This document shows, piece by piece, positions 27,018 to 36,429 of a stretch of DNA of 64,000 nucleotides. How positions within the stretch are numbered: the first letter of the stretch is position 1; the number at the start of each line of letters is the position of its first letter. The DNA is from a virus (Duplodnaviria; Caudoviricetes). The position numbers and the translations under genes are program-made. The notes beneath the pieces are model-generated. The model was not told where the DNA came from, did not search any database, and was given only the letters and a program-made list of their open reading frames with translations. The stretch is taken from the IMG/VR virus record IMGVR_UViG_3300048998_000202; one strand, written 5' to 3'.

Positions 27018-28421
27018 TTACAGGGCGAGGAGGGGAAGGAGTTCTGCGGCGGCTTCTCCTCCGGCGGCGAGTTCACCTGCTGCGCCTGCTTCTCCGGCGC
27101 CGATGCCCTTGGCGGCTCCCCCGGCTCCGCCTGTTCCGCCTGTTCCGCCTCCGGGGAGTTTGGGCGTGCCGCCGCTGCCGGGGGGCTTCATGTCGGGCGG
27201 GGTCCAGTTTTTGATGGGGCCGGAGATGGGGCCGTCGCCGACGGGTGGGCGGTCACCGTACAGGAGGGGGTTGACGTCCTCGGCGTGTTTGCTGAGGTAG
27301 GTGTCGTAGACCTGTTGGGCGACCTTGCGGCACTGGTGGGCGGAGAGGGTGGGGTTGTACTGGCGGACTTCGGCGGCGATGGCGTCGATCTTGCCGGTGT
27401 CGTCGTCGGGGGGCTGGGCTCCGGTGGGGGTGGAGTTGGCGCCCTGTTGGATGTCGCCACCGTTCATGGCGGGGTCGAACTGGTTGGTGATGCCGTCCAT
27501 GGCCATGCCGGGGCTGCCGATGCCGCCGTCTTCGGGGAATTGGCGGGGTTTGGTGGTTTCGGCGATGCCGCCCTCCATGCCGGGGACGGTGGTGGGGCCT
27601 TGGGGTCCTGCGGGGCCTTGGGGGGTGTCGTCGGGCTGGCCGGTTTGTCCGGGCGGTCCGTCGGGTCCCTGGGGGCCGTCGGGGCCTTGGGGTCCTGGGG
27701 GTTGCTGGCCGGTCGGGTCGGTGGTGGTGTCGTCCTGGATGTCCTCGCCGGGCGTGCCCGGGGCCCCGTCCGCTGCGTGCTTGCGGGCAGGGCTAGGGGC
27801 GAAAGGGGTGGCACCACCCCACGTGAGGGGGTTTTCTCCTGCGGCGATCTTGGCGGCGAGGGTGGAGAACTTTCCGGCCCAGGACAGATGGCTGTCTCCG
27901 GTGTCGTCCTTGTTCCCGTTGTCGTCGGAATCGGAGTCGTCGGAGTCGCTACTGCTGTCTTCGTCGTCACCGTCTCCGGTGTCGTCGCTGTCCTCGTCGG
28001 CGTCGGAGTCGTCGTTGTTGCCGTCTCCGTTGTTGTCGTCGGAGTCGTCATCAGAGGAGTCGTCATCGTCATGGGACTCGTCATGCGAGTCGTCATGGGA
28101 GTCGTCGTCCTTGGATTCCTTGGAATCGTCCCCGGAGTCGTCCTGAGAATCGTCGGCGAAGGGGTTGTCCTTGGCCTCCATCAGCAGGGCGAAGCGCTGA
28201 TCGAAGACGGCGAGGAGGTCTTCGACGGGGACGTTCGCGGCGGTGGCGTGAAGGGTGATGGGTTCGACGGCCAGCGCGACGCGGTCGGTGTATTCCTCGG
28301 GGGATTGGGCCTGGGCGAGGAAGGTCCACAGGCCGGAGCTGGCGTGCTTGGCCATTTCCAGGTTGCGGGCCTTGGTCTCGGCCTCGGCGTCGTAGGACGC
28401 TTCGGTCCAGAGGTCGCTCAT
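27018..28421 (-). CDS. internal head protein (Asp/Ser-rich, low complexity)
   Basis: 467 aa with a long D/S tract and KHA motifs at segment ends. Confidence 0.6.
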   Translation of the reverse strand: MSDLWTEASYDAEAETKARNLEMAKHASSGLWTFLAQAQSPEEYTDRVALAVEPITLHATAANVPVEDLLAVFDQRFALLMEAKDNPFADDSQDDSGDDSKESKDDDSHDDSHDESHDDDDSSDDDSDDNNGDGNNDDSDADEDSDDTGDGDDEDSSSDSDDSDSDDNGNKDDTGDSHLSWAGKFSTLAAKIAAGENPLTWGGATPFAPSPARKHAADGAPGTPGEDIQDDTTTDPTGQQPPGPQGPDGPQGPDGPPGQTGQPDDTPQGPAGPQGPTTVPGMEGGIAETTKPRQFPEDGGIGSPGMAMDGITNQFDPAMNGGDIQQGANSTPTGAQPPDDDTGKIDAIAAEVRQYNPTLSAHQCRKVAQQVYDTYLSKHAEDVNPLLYGDRPPVGDGPISGPIKNWTPPDMKPPGSGGTPKLPGGGTGGTGGAGGAAKGIGAGEAGAAGELAAGGEAAAELLPLLAL

Positions 28422-28431
28422 TTTAAAATCC

Positions 28432-30696
28432 TCACTTCCCCTGGCGGTCGGCCAGGAGACCGGCCTGGACGCGCTGCCGAAAGGCCAGAGTCTGGGCCGC
28501 CATCACTTGATTGTTGGTGGACATGCCGCCGCCCCCGGTGAGGGCGTCGGCGGGGTTGGGCTGTTCGACGGCCTGTCCGGCGCCGGGGACGACGGGGGTG
28601 CCGAAAGGCTCAGCGCCGTTGTAGGGGGACGGGCCGCCGGGGGCGGCTGCGTTCTGTTCTCCGGCGAGGGGGCCGGGGTGGCCGGGGCCGTTGATGGGGG
28701 TGGAGCCGTCGGCGGCCGGAGAGGTGTTCGGGGCCATGGTGGCGAGGTCCATGGAGGTGGAGGCCGTCAGGTACAGGCCGGTGCTGGGGACCTCGTTCTT
28801 GGCCACTACGCGGGCGGTGACGCGCTTGTGGGCGACGATGCGCTCCCCCAGGGCCGGGAACGCCTGTGCGGCGGTCCTGTGGGCTTCTACGAACGCGCCC
28901 TGGTGGTCGGAGTTGTCGGAGATGCCCGCGTACAGGCCCGCCTCGAACTCCTTGGTGCCGGTGGTGACCAGGCGGGTGCCGGGAGTCCAGCGAGAGGCGT
29001 AGCCGTAGCCCTTGCGGAAGTCGGCGTGCTCGCGCTCGGTGGCGGTGGTGATCAGGGAGCTGATCTTGGTTCCGGCGTGGGTGACGCCGTTGCCGGGTCC
29101 GGCCAGGGAGGCGGGGACGTCGGCGGCCGGGGCCTGGGTGGTCTGGTCCACGCCGGAGTAGCCCTGGGCGTACTGCTGGGCCGGGGCGGGGATGGCGCTG
29201 GAGTTGTCGGCGAAGGTGGGGGCCTGCTGGCCGTTGGCGTCAGCGGTCCCGGCTGCTGCTCCCCCGGCGTTGTCCGCTGTGGGCGGGGTGGTGGTGGGGG
29301 TGTTGGCGACGTTCGGCTGCACCACGGCGTGCGGGGTGTCGGAGTTGCCGAACATGTCGGCCTGCTTGCGGCTGGCGGCCTTGGGCTGCTGGGGGGTGCC
29401 GGGGGCGGCGTTGCCGGTGCCGTTGGTGGTCCACTCGTCCTGCATTTCGCCGTCCAAGGGGAAGGCGACGTCGGGCGGGATCGGGGAGGGGGTGTGCGGC
29501 TGGTTGTTGGCGTCCACCGTCTCCTGGATCATCGGCAGGCCGGAGGCTGCCGTCTTGCCCTTGGCGCATCCCTTGCAGACCATGCCCTCGCGGTCGGCCG
29601 CGTTTCCGACGCTGAGGTCAGTCCCGCAGCCGACGCATTTTCCCAGGGAGGCGGCCTTGCTCGCAGTGCGGGCGGCCTGGGCCTGGGTGGCGAGGTACTG
29701 GTCCATGGTCATGGTGTGGCTGATGGCCATGCCGGGTCGGAAGTCCAGGGACGCGGCCTTGGTGTAGTCGGGGCGGTTGCCGCCCTGTTCGGGGGTGCCG
29801 GGGTCGCCGTCGGCCCAGCCGGGGGCGGTGTCGGCCTGCATGCCCTGCGGGGGTGCCCAGGACAGGTCGTTGGTCTCGGAGTGGCCGCCGGGCTTTTCGG
29901 GGGCGCCGCCGTCCGTGCCGGAGCCGCCGCCGACGATCTCCTGGATGAGGGGGGCGCGGTTGGAGTCCTCGGTGCCGGAGACGCCCTGGTTGATGGGGTC
30001 GATCTCGGGGGCGAAGTTGTCGAAGACCTCGGGGTTGAGGGGGGTGGTCTTGGGCTGGTTGTTGCCGTCGATGGTCTGCTGGATCTGGTCCAGGCCGGAG
30101 GCGGCGCTCTTGTGGAGGAACTGGGCGTAGTCCAGGAAGGCGTTCTGGGCGGCTTCGGCCTGGAGGCCGTAGGGTCCGGCGACGCGGCGGGCCATGCCCT
30201 GGGCCTGGATGCCGAATTCCTGGGGGTCGGCCTTGACCATCTGCGGGACGCGGTTGAACCACATGGCGGCTTCGGCGACGACCTTGTTCTGCCACTGGTG
30301 GTCGGGGGCCTCTTCGGTGCCCAGCCAGTCGGTGGCGGCCGTGTGGTGTTCGTGGACCCGTACGGGGGTGAGGGTGTGGGAGACCACGGTGTCGGCGAGG
30401 TCCAGTTCCCGGTCCTGGGCGGCTTGGGCCCGGATCCCGGTGTCGATCTTGGCGATTTCGTCCAGAAGGCGCTCCTGCTCCGAGAAGCTCGAAGCCTTCG
30501 TGAGCGCCCGGACGAGTTCAGCGCGCTTCTGCACAGCTCCTCCAGCAGTAGTCCGGCGGTTGCGGTGCCGGACCTTTCGGTCTTCGGGTGACGGATTGGT
30601 CCGCACCTTGTGACGGCTGCCCATGGGTTCTTGGGCGCGAAGGTCTTGGGCTCCTGTGGGGAGCAGCCAGTACTCGTCGTCGTCCAGGTCGTCCAT
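28432..30696 (-). CDS. internal head/scaffold-like protein
   Basis: Internal repeat (KSAASGLDQIQQTID / KTAASGLPMIQETVD), GGAGGAGG RBS and late promoter at 30707-30741. Confidence 0.6.
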   Translation of the reverse strand: MDDLDDDEYWLLPTGAQDLRAQEPMGSRHKVRTNPSPEDRKVRHRNRRTTAGGAVQKRAELVRALTKASSFSEQERLLDEIAKIDTGIRAQAAQDRELDLADTVVSHTLTPVRVHEHHTAATDWLGTEEAPDHQWQNKVVAEAAMWFNRVPQMVKADPQEFGIQAQGMARRVAGPYGLQAEAAQNAFLDYAQFLHKSAASGLDQIQQTIDGNNQPKTTPLNPEVFDNFAPEIDPINQGVSGTEDSNRAPLIQEIVGGGSGTDGGAPEKPGGHSETNDLSWAPPQGMQADTAPGWADGDPGTPEQGGNRPDYTKAASLDFRPGMAISHTMTMDQYLATQAQAARTASKAASLGKCVGCGTDLSVGNAADREGMVCKGCAKGKTAASGLPMIQETVDANNQPHTPSPIPPDVAFPLDGEMQDEWTTNGTGNAAPGTPQQPKAASRKQADMFGNSDTPHAVVQPNVANTPTTTPPTADNAGGAAAGTADANGQQAPTFADNSSAIPAPAQQYAQGYSGVDQTTQAPAADVPASLAGPGNGVTHAGTKISSLITTATEREHADFRKGYGYASRWTPGTRLVTTGTKEFEAGLYAGISDNSDHQGAFVEAHRTAAQAFPALGERIVAHKRVTARVVAKNEVPSTGLYLTASTSMDLATMAPNTSPAADGSTPINGPGHPGPLAGEQNAAAPGGPSPYNGAEPFGTPVVPGAGQAVEQPNPADALTGGGGMSTNNQVMAAQTLAFRQRVQAGLLADRQGK

Positions 30697-30851
30697 GTGC
30701 CTCCTCCACCCCTTCCCGGCCGGTGGGGGATGTGGGACAGCAAGGAGGGGCTGGAAACGCACTGCGGCCCCCTCCCAGGGGGTGGGAGGGGGCCTGTGTT
30801 AGCAGCGCATCTACGGCGCGTCCCCAGGATCGGGGGTGGGCTGATGGTCTG

Positions 30852-31433
30852 TCAACGGGTGAAGCGGTAGCGGGATTCGGTGGGTCCGGTCTGGCCCTGG
30901 TAGTGGCCGGTCTTGGAGTAGTCGTACATGGGCGGGGTGATGGGTTCGAAGACGATCTGGGCGATGGGCATGCCGGGGTAGAGCAGGACGGAGACCGGGG
31001 CGAGGTTGGCGATCTCCAGGGTGATCTGGCCTTCGAAGCCGGGGTCGATGAATCCGGCGGTGATGTGGACGGCGATGCCCAGGCGGCCGAGGGAGGACTT
31101 GCCTTCCACGCGGGCGGCCATGGCCGGGGACAGGGTGATGGTCTCGGCGGTGGAGGCCAGGATGAACTCGCCGGGGCGCAGGGTGTGGCCGGTGTGCGGC
31201 AGGGTGTGGCCGGTGGTGTGGGTCTGCCAGGAGGGCACCCGGCCGTAGTGGGTGGCGTCGTCGTAGGAGCCGTCGTCGCGGGTGTCGATGGTGTGGACGT
31301 CGGAGCGGAAGATGCGGTAGCCGTCTCCCAGGGTGAGGTCGTAGGAGACGGGTTGGAGGCGGTGGGGGTCGTAGGGGCGGATGCCTATCCAGTCGTCCTG
31401 GACGGCCTTGGCGATCTCGAAGTCATTCAGCAT
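30852..31433 (-). CDS. dcd: dCTP deaminase
   Basis: LQPVSYDLTL, VEGKSSLGRLG, TAGFIDPGFEGQITLEI, GMPIAQ and YQGQ motifs. Confidence 0.95.
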   Translation of the reverse strand: MLNDFEIAKAVQDDWIGIRPYDPHRLQPVSYDLTLGDGYRIFRSDVHTIDTRDDGSYDDATHYGRVPSWQTHTTGHTLPHTGHTLRPGEFILASTAETITLSPAMAARVEGKSSLGRLGIAVHITAGFIDPGFEGQITLEIANLAPVSVLLYPGMPIAQIVFEPITPPMYDYSKTGHYQGQTGPTESRYRFTR

Positions 31434-31652
31434 GTGCTTTTTAAATTCCTCTTCTGGCGGGATCGGTGATGCGGGCGGCTTTCTCGGCGAGCTGCCCCTT
31501 GCGGGTGCGGGCCTTTTCGGGCAGGGGCTCCGGTTCCGGGAAGGGTTCGCCGGGCCACACAAGATGGAGGGGGGCGTTGGCGTGGTAGCCGTAGCAGGGG
31601 GCGGTCTTGTCGCACCGTACGTAATGGTGGTGGGGGTGCGGTTCGCAGCAGT

Positions 31653-31863
31653 TCACAGTCGGTAGAGCCCCTCGGTGACCTGGTCCAGGACGCCCTGCAT
31701 GTTGGCGACCTCCAGGTACTGGACGGCGAGCATGATCTTGTCGGCCGGGGTGATGGTGGCGGGGTCGTTGCCGTGGAGCGTCAAGATGGCGTCCATCCGG
31801 GCCAACAGGGCGAGCAGGGGGATGGAGAGCGAGGCGGGAGGGGTCGGAGCGGCGGTGTCCATG
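31653..31863 (-). CDS. hypothetical protein
   Basis: Short ORF behind the operator promoter at ~31891-31920, with GAGGAGG RBS. Confidence 0.5.
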
Positions 31864-32019
31864 GGGACCTCCTCGTGGCGAGATCCCTTCACCGTACTCC
31901 AAGGTTTCTTGGTAGGGCAAGACTTAGCGGGCATCCCAGACACCCTGGGGTGGCGCTGTACGACTCACCCTCGAAATCGGGTTGCTCCAACCTTGCTTGG
32001 TAGTGCATAGTGAGGCCCG

Positions 32020-32090
32020 GAGCCGGTGCCCAGGCTGGGGTTACTTCACTCTGGTTGGATCGTTCCTCAGCCGCCCGAGAACTCGGCTTC
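32020..32090 (+). ncRNA. short Y RNA (copy 1)
   Basis: 5' CGGTGCCCAGGC..GGTTACTTC and 3' GAACTCGG pair into the Ro-binding stem shared by four tandem units upstream of Ro60. Confidence 0.65.
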
Positions 32091-32125
32091 ACCCTTGACA
32101 ACTCCATACGCTCCACAGCGGTGAT

Positions 32126-32265
32126 GGACATCCGGTGCCCAGGCGCGGGTTACTTCACCTGTTAAGTGAGAGGTCGCCGGTTCGAATCCGGCCCCCGGCT
32201 TCGGCCGGGGTAGCTCAGTGGCTAGAGCGCTAACGTCTCCTGCACCGACTCGAACTCGGATGTCC
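32126..32265 (+). ncRNA. yrlA: YrlA-type Y RNA with permuted tRNA-like domain (copy 2)
   Basis: Terminal stem GGACATCCG/CGGATGTCC, T-arm GCCGG-TTCGAAT-CCGGC, UUCG-closed acceptor stem, then D-arm TAGCTCAGTGGCTAGAGC. Confidence 0.85.
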
Positions 32266-32290
32266 TTCTCCGCTGTGGATCACGCACCGC

Positions 32291-32369
32291 CTTCCCGGTG
32301 CCCAGGCCAGGGCTACTTCCACACGAATCACTCCGTGTTCACGCCTCCGCCGAACTCGAACTCGGGAGG
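32291..32369 (+). ncRNA. short Y RNA (copy 3)
   Basis: CTTCCCGGTGCCCAGGC..GGCTACTTC...CGAACTCGGGAGG; no tRNA-like domain. Confidence 0.65.
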
Positions 32370-32378
32370 GACCAGCTT

Positions 32379-32523
32379 TCACGGTCGGTGCCCAGGCAGT
32401 GGTTACTTCAATGGGACCGTCGGTCGCAGGTTCGAATCCTGTCCTCCCGGCTCTTCGGGAGGTAGCTCAGTTTGGTTGGAGCAGCGGTAGTAAGCCCCAT
32501 CGCCGATTCGAACTCGACCGTGA
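32379..32523 (+). ncRNA. yrlA: YrlA-type Y RNA (copy 4)
   Basis: Terminal stem TCACGGTCG/CGACCGTGA, T-arm GCAGG-TTCGAAT-CCTGT, closed acceptor stem and D-arm TAGCTCAGTTTGGTTGGAGC. Confidence 0.85.
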
Positions 32524-32527
32524 CTCA

Positions 32528-32563
32528 AGGCCCCTCCTCACCTTTACCGAGGAGGGGCCTTTT
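32528..32563 (+). terminator. intrinsic terminator between Y RNA array and Ro60
   Basis: AAGGCCCCTCCTC/GAGGAGGGGCCTT followed by a T run. Confidence 0.75.
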
Positions 32564-32599
32564 GCATGCCCTCCTCCATCCCGCCAGAGAGGATCCACC

Positions 32600-34270
32600 A
32601 TGTCCAAGTTCAACGACGGCAAGGCCAAGGCGGCCGGGCCCAAGTCCCCGATGACCACGACCGGCACCGTCACCAATCACGCGGGCGGTGACGCCCTCAC
32701 CCGCGACGTGCGCTCGGAGCTGTTCCTGACGGCCGTGACCAACATGGTCGGTGAGGACACCTTCTACGAGTCCGCCAAGGACCGCGACGACCGCTTCAGC
32801 GCCCTGGTGCGCCAGGTGGCCGTCACCGACCCCGGGTGGCTGTACCTGTTCCTGGGCTGGCTGCGCAACAGCGCCAACATGCGGTCGGCGTCGGTGGTCG
32901 TGGCGGCCGAGGCGATCAAGGCCCGTCTGGACGCGGGGATCACCTCCACCTTCCAGGTCCTGGACGTTGACCAGATGCACACGATCGGCTCCAAGGACTT
33001 CATCGCGCAGGCCATGGCCCGTGCGGACGAGCCCGGCGAGTTCCTCGCGTACTGGACGTCCAAGTACGGCAGCGGCGGCCCCACCATGGGGCTGCCCAAG
33101 CCGGTCAAGCGCGGTCTGGCGCTGGCGGTGCAGAAGCTGTTCAACGAGTACACCTACGCCAAGTACGGGCAGGCCGACGGCGGTTTCGGGCTGGGCCGGA
33201 TCGTGGATCTCGTCCACCCGGCTCCGAAGGCCCCGTGGCAGGGGGAGTTGTTCGAGCACGCCCTGGACGAGCTGCACAAGCGGGACAAGCCGATCCCGGA
33301 GCACCTGTACATGCTCCAGGAGCGGGCGAAGTTCCTGGCCATGCCGCAGGCGGAGCGCAAGGCGTTCCTGGAGCGTCCCGGGGCGAGTGAGGTGCTCTCC
33401 AAGGCGGGCATCACCTGGGAGGCGCTGTCGGGCTGGCTGGGCGGTGAGCTGGGTGCGAAGTTCTGGGAGAGCCTGATCCCGACCATGGGGTACATGGCAC
33501 TGCTGCGGAACCTGCGCAACTTCGAGAAGGCCGGGATCTCCAGGAGCGCCCGCAAGGCGGTCCAGGAGCGGCTGAGCGACCCGGCGCAGGTGGCCAGGTC
33601 CCGGCAGTTCCCCTTCCGGTTCCTGAGCGCGTACCGGGCCGTACAGAGCGACTGGTGGAGTGAGGCGCTGTCCGAGGCGCTGGACGCCTCCGTGGGCAAC
33701 CTGCCGGAGTTCCGGGGCCGGACGCTGATCCTGGTGGACACCTCCGCTTCGATGCGGAACAAGATCAGCGAGAAGTCCTCGGTGTCGCACGCGGATATCG
33801 GTGCGCTGTTCGGTGTGGCACTGGCCAAGGCCGGGGCCGAGGTGGATCTGTACGGGTTCGCCGACGGCGTCTTCGGGCACAACCTGGCGCAGGGCGGCTC
33901 GGTGCTACGGGGTATCGAGGCGTTCACCGACCGGATCGGCATCGTCGGCCACGGCACCGAGACCGTCAAGTCCCTCAAGCAGACCTACGACGGCCACGAC
34001 CGGGTCGTCCTGGTCACCGACATGCAGGCGTTCGCGGACTACGGCCGCACCTCCTGGGGTGGCTATGCCATGGGCAACCGAGGGTCCAGCCCCACCGTCA
34101 CCACCGCCGTTCCGGCCGGGATCCCGATGTACGGGATCAACCCGAGCGGGTACGCCTCCACGGCGCTGGACCTGTCCATGCCCAACCGGTACGAGATCGG
34201 CGGGTTCTCCGACCAGGTATTCCGGATGATCTCTCTGATCGAGGCCGGGAACGCGGGCTGGCCCTTCTGA
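32600..34270 (+). CDS. rsr: Ro60/TROVE domain RNA-binding protein (Rsr)
   Basis: SELFL..EDTFYE, ANMRS, RADEPGE, MGYMALLRNLRN, SRQFPFRFLSAY, and vWA MIDAS DTSASM. Confidence 0.95.
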   Translation: MSKFNDGKAKAAGPKSPMTTTGTVTNHAGGDALTRDVRSELFLTAVTNMVGEDTFYESAKDRDDRFSALVRQVAVTDPGWLYLFLGWLRNSANMRSASVVVAAEAIKARLDAGITSTFQVLDVDQMHTIGSKDFIAQAMARADEPGEFLAYWTSKYGSGGPTMGLPKPVKRGLALAVQKLFNEYTYAKYGQADGGFGLGRIVDLVHPAPKAPWQGELFEHALDELHKRDKPIPEHLYMLQERAKFLAMPQAERKAFLERPGASEVLSKAGITWEALSGWLGGELGAKFWESLIPTMGYMALLRNLRNFEKAGISRSARKAVQERLSDPAQVARSRQFPFRFLSAYRAVQSDWWSEALSEALDASVGNLPEFRGRTLILVDTSASMRNKISEKSSVSHADIGALFGVALAKAGAEVDLYGFADGVFGHNLAQGGSVLRGIEAFTDRIGIVGHGTETVKSLKQTYDGHDRVVLVTDMQAFADYGRTSWGGYAMGNRGSSPTVTTAVPAGIPMYGINPSGYASTALDLSMPNRYEIGGFSDQVFRMISLIEAGNAGWPF

Positions 34271-34340
34271 TCGCACGGTCCGCCACCGCATGACCAAGGC
34301 CCCCTCTCCACCGCCGTGGAGAGGGGGCCTTGACGGTGTC

Positions 34341-34586
34341 TCAGGTGTCGCTGCGCGGTACCTGGGTGGGGTGCTCGTCCTGCCACGCGCGAACGGTCTG
34401 GATCGTGGTCGAGATCGGGTCCAGGTGCTTTTCCGGAGAACCGTGTTCGCGGCACAGTTCCTGGTAGTGCTCCAGAACCTGCGGCAGCAGGAGGTCCTGC
34501 GACCGGAAGACCACAACGGGCTCGTCCTCCCCGATGGTGCCCTTCTCCAGGGTGACGCGTCCGTACTTCCCGTCGATCGCCATCAA
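34341..34586 (-). CDS. hypothetical protein
   Basis: 81-aa ORF with DEPVVVFRSQD motif. Confidence 0.6.
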   Translation of the reverse strand: MMAIDGKYGRVTLEKGTIGEDEPVVVFRSQDLLLPQVLEHYQELCREHGSPEKHLDPISTTIQTVRAWQDEHPTQVPRSDT

Positions 34587-35188
34587 GCGGTCGGCGGCTG
34601 GTCGCCCGGGGCCGGGGCGGCCGGAGCCTGCGGGGTGACGGCACCCTCGGTGAGGGTGATGGTGGCGACGCCGCCCGGGACGACGTCCACGGCCTCGGTC
34701 ACGGTGATCTGGTTGCCCTGGTCGTCCTGACCGGCGTCGAAGGTGATGACGGCCGAGCCGGGGACGCCCGCCTTGACCACGTAGGTGACACCGGGGGTGG
34801 TGGCCGAGGCGGGGTCGAGCTCGACGGTCGCCACGGTCTCGTCGTCCACGGTCACGGTGATCTGGTCGTCGTTGACCGGGTAGCCCTTGGCGTCGTCGGC
34901 CTCGACGGTCACGCTGAACTGCTCGTTGTCGTGGATCTGCATCGGTGCATCCTCCTGCGGCTGCTGCGTGGTGACGTCACCGATGGTGACGATCCTGATG
35001 GTGGCGGGAGTCCGCTTGGTGACCCACGCGTAGATCTCCTCGGCGATGTCGTATACCGACTCGCTGCCGAAGGTCTGCGGGTTGTGGTTCTTGCGGGCCA
35101 TGTCCAGGCAGGCCAGCCGGAGCTGATTCTCGTGCAGGTTGTCGTCCCACGCGGAGACGAGTTCCGCCTCCATGCCGTCCACGTCCAC
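34583..35188 (-). CDS. hypothetical protein with Ig-like C-terminal half
   Basis: Beta-rich acidic domain from MQIHDNEQ; a second start at 34943 is possible. Confidence 0.55.
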   Translation of the reverse strand: MDVDGMEAELVSAWDDNLHENQLRLACLDMARKNHNPQTFGSESVYDIAEEIYAWVTKRTPATIRIVTIGDVTTQQPQEDAPMQIHDNEQFSVTVEADDAKGYPVNDDQITVTVDDETVATVELDPASATTPGVTYVVKAGVPGSAVITFDAGQDDQGNQITVTEAVDVVPGGVATITLTEGAVTPQAPAAPAPGDQPPTA

Positions 35189-35715
35189 GGATCTCCCTTG
35201 TTCGGCCAGAGTGCAGGGTAAAACACCGCACCCCCTCTAGGCGAGGCCGGGAGGGGGTGCGGTGGGAAACAACAGGTGGCGCACCCGTTACAGACGGCGC
35301 GGTCCGCGCCAGTCGAGGTCCTTATCCGGACAAGATTGGCGTACACCGTTGTCGTCGCGTTCGGCGTAATGCTGGCCGCACGTGCACTCGACGCGGATAT
35401 TGCCCAGCATCATCTCGTTGCGGTGCAGGGGCTTGTGTTCCAGCGGCCCCACGTACTTGGGGCATCCCATCTGGTGCAGGAGCAGCTTGCGGGGTTGGGA
35501 GGGCCGTAAGGCCAACGGGTGGACGGCCCGACAGGAGAAGCACTGTCCGCGCGGCCACTGCTGAGTGACCCTCAGGCGGTCGTACATGGGCGCCAGCAGC
35601 TCTTTCCAGACCGGCTCGACCAGTTCTCCGGGTATGAGCTCCTGGAGACGCTCCAGGGCCTCCAGGCGCTTGCGGACCGTGGGCCAGTTCCGGTCGATGT
35701 TCATCGGCTCGTCGA

Positions 35716-36429
35716 TCACCCGACCAGCACCCCCGCCTTGGCGGTGTCCACCGAGACCCCGGGGCGGCCGAACTTCTTGTCGAACTGGTGGATGCCCCAG
35801 CAGATGCCGTGCAGCGCCCACAGGTACCACCAGTCGTACTCGGTGCACGTGGTGATCCACTCGTAGCACTCGTCGAACTCGAAGTCCGGCGTCTTCGTGG
35901 AGTCGTAGCGGTCGGGCTCGTTGAAGTAGAAGTCGAATTCCAGCAGGGTCCTGATGGCCAGGTCGGCCGCGTGCAGATCCTCGTACATCAGGTGGTTCTC
36001 GACCTCCTGCCGCAGGCGCTCCTCGTGCTCCTTGGGCACGACGTCCTGCTCCACCATGTCGGTGATGTACTGCGCGAGGTCCTCCTGGAAGGTGTCGGTG
36101 TCCCACTTCTCGGCCTGCTCGGAGGAGGACAGCTTCTGCGTCCAGTAGCCGGGGTCGGGGTGCAGCGAGCCGTTCTTTCCGATGCTGTTGCGGAAAGACC
36201 GGAACATGTCCTGGTCTCCGTTGGAGAAGACGTAGGAGTCGCCGTCGCCCCGGAACAGCAGGAAGTTCGGGCCGGTGTGGATCTCGAACCAGTAGGCGCT
36301 GTTCTTGGGGTCCATGAAGCGCAGGTGCCGGTACACCTTGTCGTTGCGCAGCACCTTCATCTTGTGGTCGCGGACCTCAGAGGTGAACCGCTTGCGACTC
36401 TTGGTGAGCTGATCTTTCATGCTGGTCAC
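35716..36429 (-). CDS. conserved phage hypothetical protein
   Basis: HKMKVLRNDKVYRHLRF..YWFEI..GDGDSYVF..YWTQKL..LWALHGICWGI pattern. Confidence 0.65.
   Translation of the reverse strand: MTSMKDQLTKSRKRFTSEVRDHKMKVLRNDKVYRHLRFMDPKNSAYWFEIHTGPNFLLFRGDGDSYVFSNGDQDMFRSFRNSIGKNGSLHPDPGYWTQKLSSSEQAEKWDTDTFQEDLAQYITDMVEQDVVPKEHEERLRQEVENHLMYEDLHAADLAIRTLLEFDFYFNEPDRYDSTKTPDFEFDECYEWITTCTEYDWWYLWALHGICWGIHQFDKKFGRPGVSVDTAKAGVLVG

Larger units (their letters stand above)
1918..30741 (-). promoter_or_regulatory. dispersed late-gene promoter motif SCTGT-N21-NAARGGGTG (9 copies)
   Basis: 35-bp instances with identical spacing at 1918, 4642, 7466, 8546, 12338, 13644, 21750, 26496 and 30707, each just upstream of a structural or lysis gene. 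Confidence 0.75.

Noticed and set aside
31079-31110. Guide H matching dCTP deaminase LGRL
   Set aside because: Only four residues fit; the rest (EGKSS vs QTTKT) does not.
32170-32475. Canonical tRNA genes in the Y RNA region
   Set aside because: The T-arm precedes the D-arm and the acceptor stem is closed by a loop, so these are YrlA tRNA-like domains and not chargeable tRNAs.
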